Assembly: GCA_002245135.1 (NCBI GenBank)
Contig: NGBS01000001.1
Location: 186,001-250,000, forward strand
DNA length: 64,000 nt
Reading direction: 5' to 3'
From: Proteromonas lacertae
Lineage: Eukaryota
This document shows, in pieces, positions 26,701 through 40,998 of the stretch. Position numbers and translations under genes: made by a program. The first letter of the stretch is position 1. Every line of letters starts with the position of its first letter. Below the pieces are notes generated by a model. That model did not search any database and was not told the origin of the DNA. It saw only the letters and a program-made list of their open reading frames with translations.

Positions 26701-28179
26701 GGCCACAATATGAGGCCAACAGACAAACCATTTGTATTAGGTGATCAATTCATTTTAGATTTGAACTTTGAAATTATTGAATTATCTGGTTTAGAAGAAG
26801 GTGAGAATAAATATCATTTAACTGTGAAGTATTATGATCAAGATACAAATGAATTGAGAGTTATTAAAAGACATTCAAGAAATGCAGTTAATAGAATATC
26901 TAATGATATATTCTCATGTAATTTGAAGTATGGAGTTCAATCTATTAAATTAATTGTTAAAAAAAATAAGAATGATACTCAACAAAAAAATACTCCGATT
27001 GGTGAAATAACTATATTATGTTCTGATGTAACAGAAGAAATTCGTGTAAATGAATGTAATCCAATAGAAAAGTGGTATGCATTACAATTAGAAGGTGTAG
27101 ATCAAGCTGCTAAGATTTTTATTAAATACAATCCAATTGTTGGTTGTATTGCTCCAATTGGTGAAGTAGCAATTAATCAAAAGCTGTATAACAAGAAAGA
27201 AAAAGCAACTTCAATTAAAGAAATCAAAGGTTTTAGTGATGCAAAGAATGTAGTTTTATCTGGCAGTAAGAAATTATTAGGTGGATTGAAAGGTTTATTT
27301 GGTGGTAATAAAGTGAAGATATCTCATAGTGTAATGGATGTTCCAGGCAGTTCAGGTGGTTCTTCATATGTACCAACTAATAAATATGTTGCACCATCCA
27401 CTGTAGTTGGAGCTCCACCACCATTACCAGGTGCACCACCTCCTATGGGTTATCCACCTCAAGGATATCCTCCACAAGGTTATCCACCACCACAACAAGG
27501 ATATCCTCCTCAATTACCAGGAAGAGGAGTTCCTCCACCAGTTCCAGGTGGTGTTCCACCTCCTTTACCAGGAGCTCCACCACCACAATTACCTGCAAGA
27601 GGAGCTGTTCCACCTCCATTACCAGGTGCACCACCACAATTGCCAGCTAGAGGTGCTATACCACCACCATTACCTGGAGTTCCTCCTCAATTACCTGCTA
27701 GAGGAGCTGTTCCACCTGTTTCAGGCGGTGCTCCACCTCCATTACCAGGAAGAGGTGCTGTACCACCACCACTACCTGGTGTTCCTCCTCAATTACCTGC
27801 TAGAGGTGCAACTCCACCTCCATTACCTGGTGCAGCACCTCCGCTTCCAGGAAGAGGTGCTCCTCCTCCACCACCACCACAAAAAGCAGCAGCTTCCTTA
27901 CCTCAAACACCCAATACACCACAACCAGCTGGTCCAGCTGTAGTTACAAGAGAAAGAGCGCCATCAAAAAGTACTCCACCTCCACCACCTCCATCAACAT
28001 CAACACCAATTCCCGCTGAAGAATTACCCAATATTATTCCAGATACTCCAACACCTAATGAATTAGAAGAAGTGGCAGGTGTAAATCCTGATGAAGTTGA
28101 AAGTGCAGCTGTTGAGAATCAAGAACAAGAAGAAGATGATGATGATGACTCAGATGAAGTAGAAGAAACATCATTGTAA
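23766..28179 (+). CDS. Inositol polyphosphate 5-phosphatase with PH, tandem cNMP-binding, C2-like and proline-rich regions
   Basis: PH-like N-terminus (GYL...KW..Y.FVL...AQKWYRAL); 5-phosphatase motifs TWNM, NKGGV, FISCHL, GDMNYR, PPTY, PSFTDRV, SDH.PV; cNMP-like ILISGRV...DWFG and GDTVG repeats; +1 frameshift near 26066. Confidence 0.85.
27409..27880 (+). repeat. Coding tandem repeats PPQGY and PPPLPG(A/V)PPQLPARG
   Basis: Repeated CCACCATTACC(A/T)GG units visible in the DNA and in the translation. Confidence 0.9.
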
Positions 28180-28269
28180 GAAAGATATAGAAATTATCTT
28201 TATAAGATTTATATAACTTTATGATATTATATTTTTTGTATTTAAAAATAACAAACAGATTTTATATTT

Positions 28270-30956
28270 TTATTTCATTTTCTTCTTTTCAACACAATAA
28301 TCTTCATAATACTTCAATTCTTCATTTGTCCATAATGAATTTTTTATTTGAATGAATGGATAATCTTTTTTTTCTAATGATTTCGAACAAATTGCTTTTA
28401 ATCCATTCATTTTAATATTATTTCCATTTAGATTTATAATATTACATTTTTCAATTGAACTAATTTTATCTGCTAATAATATGACACTTTCATCATATAT
28501 TGATATATTACCCAAATCCATTTTACCATAACAATAAGAATCTATTAACAAGTTTAAATTGTTTAATAATGATTTAAAACCTACATTACCAATTGCATTA
28601 TCTATTAAGTGTAATAAATATTTACAAAAATATACCATGAATAAATAACTTTTCAATACTATCATTTTCTTTCACATATTTCATCAAATACTCTATTCCA
28701 TCCGCATCTATATTGTTACCATTTATATATAGTCTTTTTTCCCCATTAATATTCTTCAATCCATCAACCAAATACTTTAATCCAATTGAAGATAATCCCA
28801 TTTCTATTTATTATTAAAATAATCATTATAATACTTGAACAATTTATTTTATGAAAATAAGCTTTTATTAAATGTAAATGAGAAGATAAAATTTTCATTC
28901 CTTCATCTCCTATCTCATTTTCATATAATTGAAGATGTTTAAGATTTGAAAATGAAGATAAATTGTTAATCAATAATTCAATACTTTTATAAGTAAGTTT
29001 ATTATCTATATAATATTAATATTAAAAAATCTAATTATACTACTTAAATAAAACGTCTCTATATCTCTTAATTCATTTGATCTTAAAGAAATGAATGATT
29101 TGAAGAAATCATCATCAATTTCTAGTTTCATCATTAATAAATAACTACTAGATTTGATATATTTCACTAATTCTGGAATATCTTTATCAATCAGTAATTC
29201 TTTATTATCATTAATATAAAATTCAACTTGTGAAATAGAAAACTTGGAGAATAAAGCTTTTATTCCTTCTGAATGAATATCATCGTTGTGTCTAATATCT
29301 ATCTTCTTGAGGTTTGGATATTTATATAATTCTTTGGACAATAATAACATTGATTCATCATTTAAATACATCCCTTCAAGATCCAATACATTATCTTTGC
29401 TGATTAATAAATGCAAATATGGAAGTAATAATTTGAAGCCTTTTGGACCAATTGGATTATCTATTTAACAAGAATATAAATACATAATAACAAATACCTT
29501 CAAGATTTAATCTAATTAGTTTCATGGATGGAATTGATGTAACAAATAATTCAATGAAATCTGATGTAAAATTACATCTTGATAAATCTAATTCTTGAAG
29601 ATTTTGTAATTCAGAACAATATGATCTAAATAAGGATTGATATTTGATTTGGAATAGAAAACACTAAAGAAATAAATATGAATAGAAAGATACGAAATAT
29701 TAGTGTTGTCGGTTTGATTAATTTCATTATTCTGAAGAAATAATCCATCTCTCTTTCACATAAACATAAATTCCAATAATATATTTTTATCATTCCTTTA
29801 TTACATTTATCAATACGAATTTTAAATATCATTTCATCTAACCAACAAACTTTTCTATTTGTACATTGATGATGAATTTGAAATTTCAGTTTCTTTTTTA
29901 TCGATTTATTTTTTTTCCAAAAGTATATAGAAAATAATATTGACAGTATTTTCTCATTAGGTTTATCATTGTAGGATTCTATCAATTTATCTCTAATACT
30001 TTTCCACTCTTTACTTTTGACATGATACTCTGGTGGATATACTATCGGTAGTAATATTATAATTCCATTACCATTATATAATATGTCTTTTCTTTCACTC
30101 AATATTAATAAATAATTATCTTCATCTCTTAATATTTCACTCATTTTTATCATATCTTTTCTAAACTCTTTTAAACTCATTCTATTCTCATTATTCACTT
30201 TCAACATTCTTTCTATCATTTCTGTATCACATTCCATATCAATAGTGTATTTACATCTCACAATATTTTCTTTTGTTTTATTCACATTATTATCCTCATT
30301 AAATGGTAATTTCTTACAAATCATTTCATATAATATACAACCAATTGACCACATCACACTTCTCTCATTACATTCTAATCCATTGAACTCTTCTGGAGAT
30401 TTAAAACACATATCATACACTCTAATATCTTCTTCTTTTCTCAAAGTGTTTAACCACAAATCACATAACTTTATTTTACCATAATTATCATATATTACAT
30501 TATTACTCTTCAAATTACTCATTACTATGCTATATTCATTTAATATTATCAAAATATCACATATAGAACATGTAATATTATAAATATCATCATTTGATAA
30601 GGAGTTACTCAGGATTATATCTTTCAAATCTCTTGAGTAATATTCTCTTGATATTATCAAATATTCTGAATTATACGACTGAAACATATTAAAAGGAATA
30701 ATAAGCGAAGAAGAACAATTTTTCAGTAATGAGTAATTCTCACAGAATTTTAACACTATTTTCTCTTTAATTTCAGCTACATTTAACGCTTTCACCATCT
30801 TAGTGTTATAGCAATGCTGTACTACTATATCTACTTCATTATAGCTCTTTTTTACTCTTTCTTTTATCTATATAATCAAATTAACAGAAATACTTTTGCA
30901 TCAGAGGGTAATATAGAGGATATTACATCATTTACATCAGTATTTAAGCAAAACAT
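28270..30956 (-). CDS. Pseudokinase plus RI-like leucine-rich-repeat protein
   Basis: Kinase fold with MSNLKSNN in place of HRDLKxxN, DLW in place of DFG, SPE and WSIGCILYEM retained; followed by LxxLxLxxNxIGxxG repeats; 6 introns; probable frame change near 29630-29660. Confidence 0.75.
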
Positions 30957-31129
30957 TTTCAAACTTGTTTGATGTTTTGAAAATTTAGTCGTTTCATTTT
31001 TGTATTTTGATAAAACACGATAAAAGAATAAATAAATTATTATTACATCTAATTTCATATCAGATTAGCAGATTAATCATTTTTACCATGGAATTTATTT
31101 ACTTTTAATATAATTTTGATAATACATAA

Positions 31130-31614
31130 TTATCTAACTTTAGGTATTTTATATGACTCATATGGCATGTAGTGCATTCTTTTCATTTGTTGCTCATTAA
31201 TAAATCTAAGCTGCTCTTGATCAGCATCAGTAAAATTCTGCATTCTTGATCCTTCAGGTATTTCATCTGCTCCTTCCTCCATTTTACCTGATTTCATCCT
31301 ATTTATTATTTTTTACTACAATTAAAAATACGTCCAAACACCTGCAGTAACAGTTTGCGGTTTATGTGGAGTAATCATTTGAATAAATCTTAATCTATGG
31401 TAACCATTTACTAATAATTCATCAATTCTGTAAAACATAATAATACCATATAATACTTTTTAGGATCACTTATTTCTTTATTCTTTCTAAATTCTGATTT
31501 GATTTCTTGAAGCGCTGGAGTTATCCTTTCTTTAGGCTATTAGAAGTAGTTGACTTTAATTCATACTAATAATTTCGCTTGTCTTAAGAGAGTTCTATAA
31601 AGAGATAGAGCCAT
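31130..31614 (-). CDS. LYR-motif (Complex1_LYR) protein
   Basis: MALSLYRTLLRQAKLLP...IKSEFRKNKEISDPKKIDELL; 3 introns; absent from the ORF track. Confidence 0.8.
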
Positions 31615-31712
31615 TTTAAAAAATGTGTTTCTGTTTATATAGAAGATTCATTCTAAATTAGCTCCACTTTATCAAGCTTTCAGGTTTGTTTCTTTGATTT
31701 TTAAAATTTGAA

Positions 31713-32608
31713 ATGACAGAAATTCTTTGGTTAGGTCATGCCACATTTTTTATAAAAACCAATGGGATAACTATCTTAATTGATCCATGGTTTGATAACC
31801 CTAAAGTATTATAATTGGTTTTATTCCTAAAGGCTCCAAGCAGTATTCCAGATGAAGTAAAAACTGCTCAGTACATTTTAGTAACGCATGGTCATTTTGA
31901 TCATTTTGTCAGTGCAATACCTTTAGTGAAGGAAAATGCCAACACAAAGCTAATTGTATGTGGCTAAATATATGCAAATAGGCGAATGGAGAAATTATTA
32001 CATATTGTAAAAGCCAAGGCGTACCAGGTATTTATTTTATGTGATATTCTGAATTATATTAGAGGAAAGATTACATGGTATGAATAAAGGCGGAACTGTT
32101 CAATTAGAGAAAGGAAATTCTGTTGTTGCCGTAAGAGCTGTATAATTATTTATTTTATTGAATTAAAGGAACATTCAAGTAGTATCACTACTCCAGATGG
32201 TACAAGTATTTATGCTGGTGAACCATTAGGTTTTATTATTAATACAGCAGATGGTATATAATATATCTCTATAAATATCTCTTAATATTAGATCATCATA
32301 TTTATTACTCTGGAGACACAGCTGTATTCGGTGATATGGGCTTAATTAATGAAATGTATAGACCTGATGTAGCTATAGTATGCTGTGGAGGTAATTACAC
32401 AATGGATGCTGATGGAGCTGCTTATGCTATTAATAAATTCTTTACAAATGTTAAAGTTGCTATACCAATGCATTTTGGTACATTCCCAATATTAAAATCA
32501 AGTGGAGAAGACTTTAAAAACAAAATCACCAGAAAAGATTGTGAAGTTACTATTCTAGAGATTGGTGCTGTTAAAAAGTTCTTTGAATCAAGTTGTATTA
32601 TTATGTAA
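31713..32608 (+). CDS. UPF0173-type metallo-beta-lactamase-fold hydrolase with C-terminal CaaX
   Basis: WLGHATF, ILIDPW, LVTHGHFDH, GMNKGG, AEHSS, YYSGDT, IPMHFGTFP; 5 introns; ends CIIM-stop. Confidence 0.88.
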
Positions 32609-32719
32609 TTTGGTTCTATTTTATTCTATTCACTTTTTATATATGAATTTTTAAAATGTTTTTGGCATTTCAACATAGAACATCACAAAATGTAAATATA
32701 TAATAAAGAAAAACAACAA

Positions 32720-35700
32720 CTAATTCAATTTTATCTTCTTTCTACTATTTTTCTTTCCTTCTTTATTATTATTGTGAATAACCACTTTCTTGTATTTCTG
32801 AATTGCAAATTTCCTTCCTTTCTTTGATATATCTCTTGAATCTAATTTCACATAACTAAATGGTTCAGGTTTTCCCTTTAACAAAATATCACCCTTTGCT
32901 TTTTTAGCTTTATATTCTTCACCATCTTTAACACCTTTCATTTGATGCATCTTTTTACTTTGTTTAGATCCTTTAATCACTAATTTTTTCTGTGATTTAT
33001 CAATTACCTTTTTATCATCATCATCTTCATCATCATCACTATCTTTACTAATATTATTAAACTCATTATCACCTAATATCAATTTACCTTCTTCATCATA
33101 TTTAATATTATCATCTACATCATCAAATGGATTTCTTTTTCTTTTCATTGGTTGATTGGATGTTAATACTTGACCAGTTCCTAGTAAATCTAATGGTTCA
33201 TTTCCTCCTTCTTCTAAGGTTGAGAGTTTATAATCTTTTGATAAATGTTGTAACCAATCTTCAATTTCATCATCATCATCATCATCATCTTCATCATTAT
33301 CACTATCGTTATTATTCTCTGTTTCCATTCTTGATGATTTTGCATTTGCTTTATCTCGAATATTCTTATCTAATGATTTCTTTATATTGATTATAACTTT
33401 CTTATCTTCTTCTGGAATATATGGTTCTACATTCTCATAACCTATTTTTCTTACTAATCTTTCTAAAATAACTTTGACTTTGTTTCTGAATTTCTGCTTG
33501 CAGTGTGGTATGAATAATGCATTTATGATTTGTTCTGAGATTCTTTCCAATTGCATTTTTGAATAAATTGATGTTAATACTTTAACAAATCCAAGACAAC
33601 TTTTGATTATCTCTTTCACTTGTATCTTAAATAGTGCAAGTATAATTTGTATAATTTGAGGTAATAGCGACTGTATTACTGGCCTTTCTCTATATTGGTA
33701 AATTATTCTACTCAATGCGATAATAGCAGCTGATTTCATTACATTTGTTGTTCCAATTAATGGTAAACTCAATAATTTGATATATTCAGATAATGATATT
33801 TGCACTATAAATATATTAATATATTTATATATTAATATATATATACATGAAGTTCCATCTGATTCAATAAATATTGTCTTTCCTTCACCTTCAACCATCT
33901 TATTACCAATATCAATAACTAATTCAAGAGCTTCATGTCGAATTCTATACAATAATAATAATAATAATAATAATAATATACTTTGTATTTGTATCTTTTA
34001 AACTAGCTAATATTTCAGGTAATAGTTTGGGAATGTATTGCATATCTTCTGAACATAGTGTTAATGACTTTATAACTATTGAAATACATCTTAAATGCAT
34101 TTTCTTTGAAGTTGCATGTAGATTATTGATATTCTCAATTAACATTTCACATAATAATTTCTTGTTATTAACATCATCTAAAAATCCATTCTTCAGTTTA
34201 CAAATAGCATATAATATATTATATAATCTTCTTTGTAATGGAATAGACTGAATTGTGAATAATGGTTTTAATGAATTAAAGAGTAATAAATATTCTTTTG
34301 ATTGTAAAGAATCAATGAAATAACTCAACAAACCACTCATAATTACCATTGTTTTAATATTTTGAATATTACTATTATCATTATTATAACTAGTTGAAGC
34401 ATTGACCAACTTCAATAAACATTGATTATATAAACTACAAACAAAAGCATAATCACATATTGTCAAGTAATTCTGAATTGTTTCTCCTATTACAGTAACA
34501 TATTCCATATTTCCATTTTTACTAACTCCTGTTGTAGGTGTTGGAATATTTTCATCATCCCAACTTCCATGATATTTCTCAAATTTATTAAATAGAATTG
34601 GTAAATACTTATCAGCATAATGTTTTATAATTGATTTTTCTTTTTCATCTGTGCTGACTTTCACTGATTTTATTAGATTGTTTAACCCTTTAATTATATA
34701 AATCACAATCTGATCAGATTCACTTGTATTTATCACTTTTCCTAAATTTGGTGCAATTGGAGGGAAGAATAAGATAATATCTTTACAATTGGTACATATT
34801 TGAGGGAATAAAGACCATATCTCTTCATATTGATTATGATATATTAACTTTAACTCTTTATGTATTGATTTTACACTTGATTCTTCACAATAATTTGCAA
34901 TTGGTAATAATCTATACAAAACAAAACATTAATTATTACAATTTATATTTTTATACTTTTGAATAAAGAATTCTAAATAACCATCACACTTACTACAATT
35001 ATCCATTAATAGCTTCAATACCCATAATCTTTCATCAGGAATTCCAGGAACTTCACAATTACTTGGTCTTAATGGAATTATATCTAAAAACACAGATGGT
35101 GTAAGATGTTGCATTGCCATTGATAATACATAATTAATTGTATTAGCATATGGTTCTTCATTCTCTATAGCTGCATTTCTTAATGAAGCAACACTGATAA
35201 TTAGATCTTTTAATAGATCAACTCTATCACGAAGTACTTTAATCATTGGAACTAACACTTTTAATGAAAATTGCCATGATTTCTGATATTGAAATGTTGT
35301 TACTGTTTCTATTGCACTTATTATTGATTGTACAATGTTAGGTGGAGTATCAGCAGTTATTGATTTTTGCAATATTGCAGATATAACTATATTGATAGTT
35401 AAAACGATAGCTTGGTCTGAAAATTGATAATATGATACAATAGTCTCAACAGTAGGTGAAATATATTCATATATTAATTCCATTGATGATATATGAGATA
35501 TAATAAGTGATAGTAATGTTATATATTCATTAATTGTATTAGATTCGTGATATTTAGTATTTGATTGATGGTTTATTAATATAAGTAATAAATCTTTACA
35601 AAAACTGTCTGTTATATTTGTATTACTATCAATTACAGCGTTACATACTTGAAATACTAAAAATGATAAGATTTCATTATGTAGTATTAATATCTATAAA

Positions 35701-36461
35701 CTATACAAATATTATATATACTTTTAATATCAAATCAATCATTTGTTTTACTACACTAAAACTCATTAATGGTGCTACAATTGTTAATAATGATAATAAC
35801 GCTAAATCTTCACCCTTTTCTTGTACTGTTATGTCTTTAATGATAATTGCTGAAAAATCTAATAATATTTCAAAAGGTCTCATAAAATTGTTCTTTGAGT
35901 TGTATTGACAGATTGAAAATATTGCATCTTTACTCCATTTACGAACCTTTGGATTTTTATTTATTGAACATAATATGAGCGTAAGGAATGCTTGTTTTGT
36001 TACATTATCTGACCAAAGTGTCATATCTGATTCAATATATAGCAAGAATTTGGATAAAACTTTTATATAATCCTTCATATCAGACGGTTGATCAAAATCT
36101 ATAAGTTGTTTGTAAACATTGGTAATGATTGGTATAAACATATTAAACTTACTTCCAATTACTGCATGATTGATCGAATCCAATTCTATATTGAGTAAAT
36201 ACATTAACTATTGAATATTAAGTGAATTAGATAAATACTGGAGGTAGGTAGTCTCTCTCTGATGATTCGATTGAAGACATTGTTGCACCAAAATATTCCA
36301 ATGGAGTTGGAAGAGAATTGTCATTCTTTTTTGATGCAATTACTTCTGTTATAGCATGAAGCACAACATTAACCTAATTCGATAGATATTCATAATATTC
36401 ATACTTTAGCAAGTTTTGGTTCATTAACTCTATCTCTTATTGAAGAAAAAATGTCATTCAT
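32720..36461 (-). CDS. RRP12: RRP12-like HEAT-repeat ribosome biogenesis factor
   Basis: EYFGA, PKVRK, LPEILASLKD.N.KIR, EIIKSCLGFVK, LERLVRK.G, EPLDLL, GEEYKAKKAKGD...KPEPFSY; 6 introns. Confidence 0.88.
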
Positions 36462-36617
36462 TTTCAATGTCAAAAATGTAATTGACAAATGTAATTTTTG
36501 TTTTTTTATGTTTTTCATCAATACTCCTAATTGAATGGATAAAACAGTTTTTAAATAATATTATTATATATTTAATATCTAAATTAAACTAAAAGTGTTT
36601 TATTCTTTTGATTCGCT

Positions 36618-39290
36618 CTATATCTCTTCTTCTGTTTCTTCTTTCTCAGTCTTTGATTCATCTGCGGTATTTACTTCATCTTTTTTCTCCTCTCCTCCTT
36701 CTTTTTCTTTTTCTTTTTCTCCATCTTTTTCTTCTTTTGATTCACCATTATCATTAGCTTGTGGTTCTTCAGAATAAATATCATTAGTTTTCCTGGGAAT
36801 AATTGGTCCACCTCCATATTGTGTATATAAGAAATCCCATACATCCTTATTAATTGACTTATAATGTCTAAATGATTCTAAATGTTTTTTAATATTACCT
36901 TCTTCATCAAATAAACATGAATTATCAATAGCATCAGGCACTTTTCCTGCATTAAATATAAAATCAGTCCATTGTCTACTCCATTTCATTGAAATAACGT
37001 ATATACTGGTGGATTTGATAGAATCATATTTTTGAACCATCGTTTCTTCATACTGTCTTCTTTTCTGAAGTGTTGTTAATTCATTCATACATATTTCACA
37101 TATTCTCTTTTCCTAATTATTATAAAAATAAAATAAATAAATATATTATATTATATTATACTTTAATTAATCTATCAGATCCAAATGTTGCTATACATTC
37201 ATTATATAATTCATCTGATAATTCAATATAGTGTTTTGAACTAATTGGCATATCTGCTCTAATATAACCATGTCTAATAAAAATAAAATAATAAAATAAT
37301 AATAATACTCACAACAAATATCTCCATTATCAACATTAGGAACATATGTCAAATTCTTCATTAAAAACCACCAATACTTTGATATTACATTCTTATGAGT
37401 TATTTTATCATCACTTATTTCTTTTTCATATTTTTCTAGTATATTTGATACTTTTGTATTATCTGATGGTGGATTTAGTTTATATAAAGCAACATAACAT
37501 TGCACTTTGTTTATTTCTTTCTCACTCACTTTAGTAACACTATGATCATTATATAACCACCAAATATTATCAGTATCTCGACAATAACAGATATAATGTC
37601 CTCCACCCATTGTACCAATGTGTGTTATTATTGCTACACATGAATACACAGTTTGTGTATATATTTCACTAGATTCTGGACTGAGGAAAGGTCTCATATC
37701 TAAATCGTCAAATGGCAATGTTATATGTGTTGCAATCTATTAAGTTATATTATAAGTAATACTTTTGAATTGAATAATCTACCAACTTCAAATCTTTTCA
37801 GATTTAATATTAATATTTGTGGTAATATTTCAATTGATTCCATTCTCTTAGCTTCTTGTTTTTCTTTACATATCTCACAATAGTATTTATTATCACCATT
37901 AAGACAATTTGGATGATTATAACTTTCTTTTCTATTTTAAAAATAAGAATAAATAAATAAATAAATTATACAAACAATCAATCAATGGAATTGGTGTAGC
38001 AGTTCCAATCATTCTATTAAACGAATGCCAAGCTCCACTTATTATATTACCATCTTCTTTGATTGGTATTTGAATTGTTAATTCCAAAAATGGTGATACT
38101 GAATATGTTGTTGTTTTACAATTATCACAAGTAATTGTTTGTGCAATATATCCTTCAAATATATCACTTATTATATTATGATGACTATTAAAACAATGAA
38201 TCTTTTTATCAATCCATTCTTTTAATTCTTCATCACTTTTTATTGATCTATAACTTTCATCATTTCTATTACCATAGATATATAATAATAAAATATATAT
38301 ATATACCTTTTATCTATTGTTGTAGCGTCAATCATATTATTTAATAATGCTTGTAAACATTCAGATGCATCTTGTTGTCCAGCTCCATCAAAATATGTAT
38401 TTAGTTTGACAAAACTTGATAATATTGAATTTGGTTTAAAACATTGTACTTTTCCTTCTGAAACTACTTTTACTGTTTGAATAAAGGATTTCAATAATGA
38501 ATATTCTTTTAATTTATTATCTATTAATAATAAAAATTATATTATTAATATACAATCGGTATTAGACAATACAATCGATAAATTGTCATAGAAATACGAT
38601 GTTAATATATCACAGTGGCAAAGTGATTGTATAACTGAATTGAAGAAGCAAGTATTACCTAAATTGAAGAATCCAACTTTAAATGGAGATAATGGAGATG
38701 AATCAGTTGATGTTGATGGTATAGGAGCTTTTTCTTGGTTGAATTCTGGTGATCTTACATAAAACAAACTATATTGGATGTATGGAACAGGAAAATTCTA
38801 TTAATTAATCATAATATAATATAAAATACACAAGTGACTGGATAGTCCAGAAGATCTTTATCACATTTGAAACATTTTATTGATTTTGATGATATATTTG
38901 CATATACACAGTACCAAAACAATTAAATAAACTAAATCTAAAATGTTAATATGAAAAGGATATGTGAGAATATTGAATATGTTTTTCAATACACTCATTC
39001 TTGTCACAGAAAATAGAATAACAGTCAGGCTATTATATCTAATATACGATAATACTGATAAACAAATCCAAAAGTTATTGAGCAAATCTTCATTACAACT
39101 GAAACACTTTACTGGTGATTCTCCTGTTTTAAGCTAAATATAATAAATAATATTATACTATTAATTTACTCTTAATATAAATTGAAATGTGATAATTCAA
39201 CCTTGAGAGAGAATCTTCATCAATTTCAATATGGTTACATTGACCATCTATATTTAAATCATTTTCATTCTCATCTTTTGTTTCTGACAT
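36618..39290 (-). CDS. Ubiquitin-specific protease, USP20/33-like (zf-UBP, USP, two DUSP-like domains)
   Basis: GFFNLGNTCFFNSVIQ, QQDASE, LKRF, HIG...GHY, W.LYND; N-terminal Cys/His zf-UBP; C-terminal W.FLY..YGGGP; 9 GT-AG introns plus 1 AT-AC intron. Confidence 0.88.
38911..38963 (-). other. U12-type intron, AT-AC, 53 nt
   Basis: Minus strand CAC|ATATCCTTTT...TATTTAAT TGTTTTGGTAC|TGT GTA TAT gives HCVYANISSKSIKCFKCD with the expected zf-UBP H-to-CxxC spacing. Confidence 0.88.
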
Positions 39291-39368
39291 GAGAAAAAAA
39301 ATATGAATTTCAAAATAGATTTGATGGTAATTGACATGTAAATTTGAATCATTACAAAAATATCAAAA

Positions 39369-40827
39369 ATGTCTAATTGTATTGCAGCTATGTATTATGG
39401 TACAACATCAATTGCGGTGACATACTTCCCTAAAGAAAATGCTGATGATGTTGCAAGTCAAGATGGTATTACAAAGAGTTGTCTTTCTACTTGCTTGTAT
39501 GAACCTCCTAATTTGATTATTGGAGCTTCAATTGAAGAAAAGGATTTATTAAAAGAGAATTGTATCTTCAATTCAAAAAGATTACTTGGTGTGAAAGTAT
39601 TTGACAAGAGAATTGTTGAAGAATTTAAGCACTGGCCATTCAAAATAATTTCTGATGAACATGACAATCCATTAATACAAGTTCAATCTGATACTTCTCG
39701 TAGTTTTTCACCTGAAGAAATTTTATCAAAATTCTTAATAAATATAAGAGAAGAATATACATCAGAATTGAATTCCATAATTTTACCAGTATCTGGGTGT
39801 TTTAATAGCAGTAAAAGATTAAGTTATGTTAATGCTTGTAAACTAGCAGGAATTCCAAATTACAAGTTAGTAAATGAACCAACCGCTTCAGCAGTTGCAT
39901 TTGCCAATAGAAATGGAGAATGTATCCCAAAATCAACATTATTAATATATGATTTTGGTGGTGGAACATTCGATTGTTCAATAATAAAAGTAGAGCAAAA
40001 AGTAATCTCAATTCTTGCAACAGGAGGTGATAGTCATTTGGGTGGAGAAGATGTAACTAATAATTTAGTGGATTATTATGCAAATTTATTAAAGGAAACA
40101 ACAGGAACTAATATATATGAAGATCCTAAAGAGTTATTAAGCTTGAGATATGCTTGTGAAGAAGCAAAGATTCAACTAACTAGTTCTGGTTCTGCAACAA
40201 TTGATTATAAACCATTAGTAGCTAATAAAATCGATTCAACATTAAAATGTGATTTATTCAATGAAATTAACAAGGAATTATTCGAAAGATCCGTTGTAAT
40301 TGTAAAGGAAACAATTAAAGAAAGTGGAATAAATGAAAATGAAATAGATTGTTGTGTATTAGTTGGTGGAAGTAGTATTATTCAATATGTACAGACTTTA
40401 TTATTAGATTTACATATTGATATGTTCAGAGATGCTGAAGCTGTATCTTATGGTATTAGAGCACTAGGCAAAGGAACAATTACAGCCAAGTGAGAATGAA
40501 TATAGAATTAATGAAATATTGACTTATAGTTTAGGAATAACTAAAAATAAAGATGGTAGTGAAATTGATTGGATAATGAAGAAGAATACTCCTATTCCTT
40601 ATACTGAGAAGAGAAGTTATAAATATGATGGGAAGAATGATAAATTAGTGTATTATGTATATGAAAACACAGGAAGTTATGATGACAATATATTATCATG
40701 TTGTCAGATTGTGGTTGAGAATTTGTCTCTATCTTATCCAGATTATGATTTAGAGTTTGTAATTGATACAAATGGATTATTGGCTGTTTCTTCTTCTATT
40801 CCACAGATTAAATGTAGTATTTATTAA
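39369..40827 (+). CDS. Divergent intronless Hsp70-family protein with short substrate-binding region; +1 frameshift
   Basis: KRLLG, VNEPTASA, IYDFGGGTFD, GDSHLGGED, CEEAKIQL, LVGGSS, EAVSYG; continues in the +1 frame to YSLGI...KNTPIP...VYE...IDTNGLL. Confidence 0.8.
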
Positions 40828-40998
40828 TACAATTATAAATAATTTCATGTAATATAAATAATTTGTTGATTTGAGAAGTGATACGCATGAAAACAAAGAA
40901 AAAAAAGAAAAATATAAAAGTTTGGCTTGTCTTTTTTTTATTGATTTACGTTGTTTGAACTTTCTCGTCACTAAAATAATATAATAAGAAAAAAATAC

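Noticed and set aside
36600..36620. Possible TAG readthrough at the USP end (TAG AGC GAA TCA AAA GAA TAA)
   Set aside because: Only five extra residues of low-complexity tail, with no supporting evidence.
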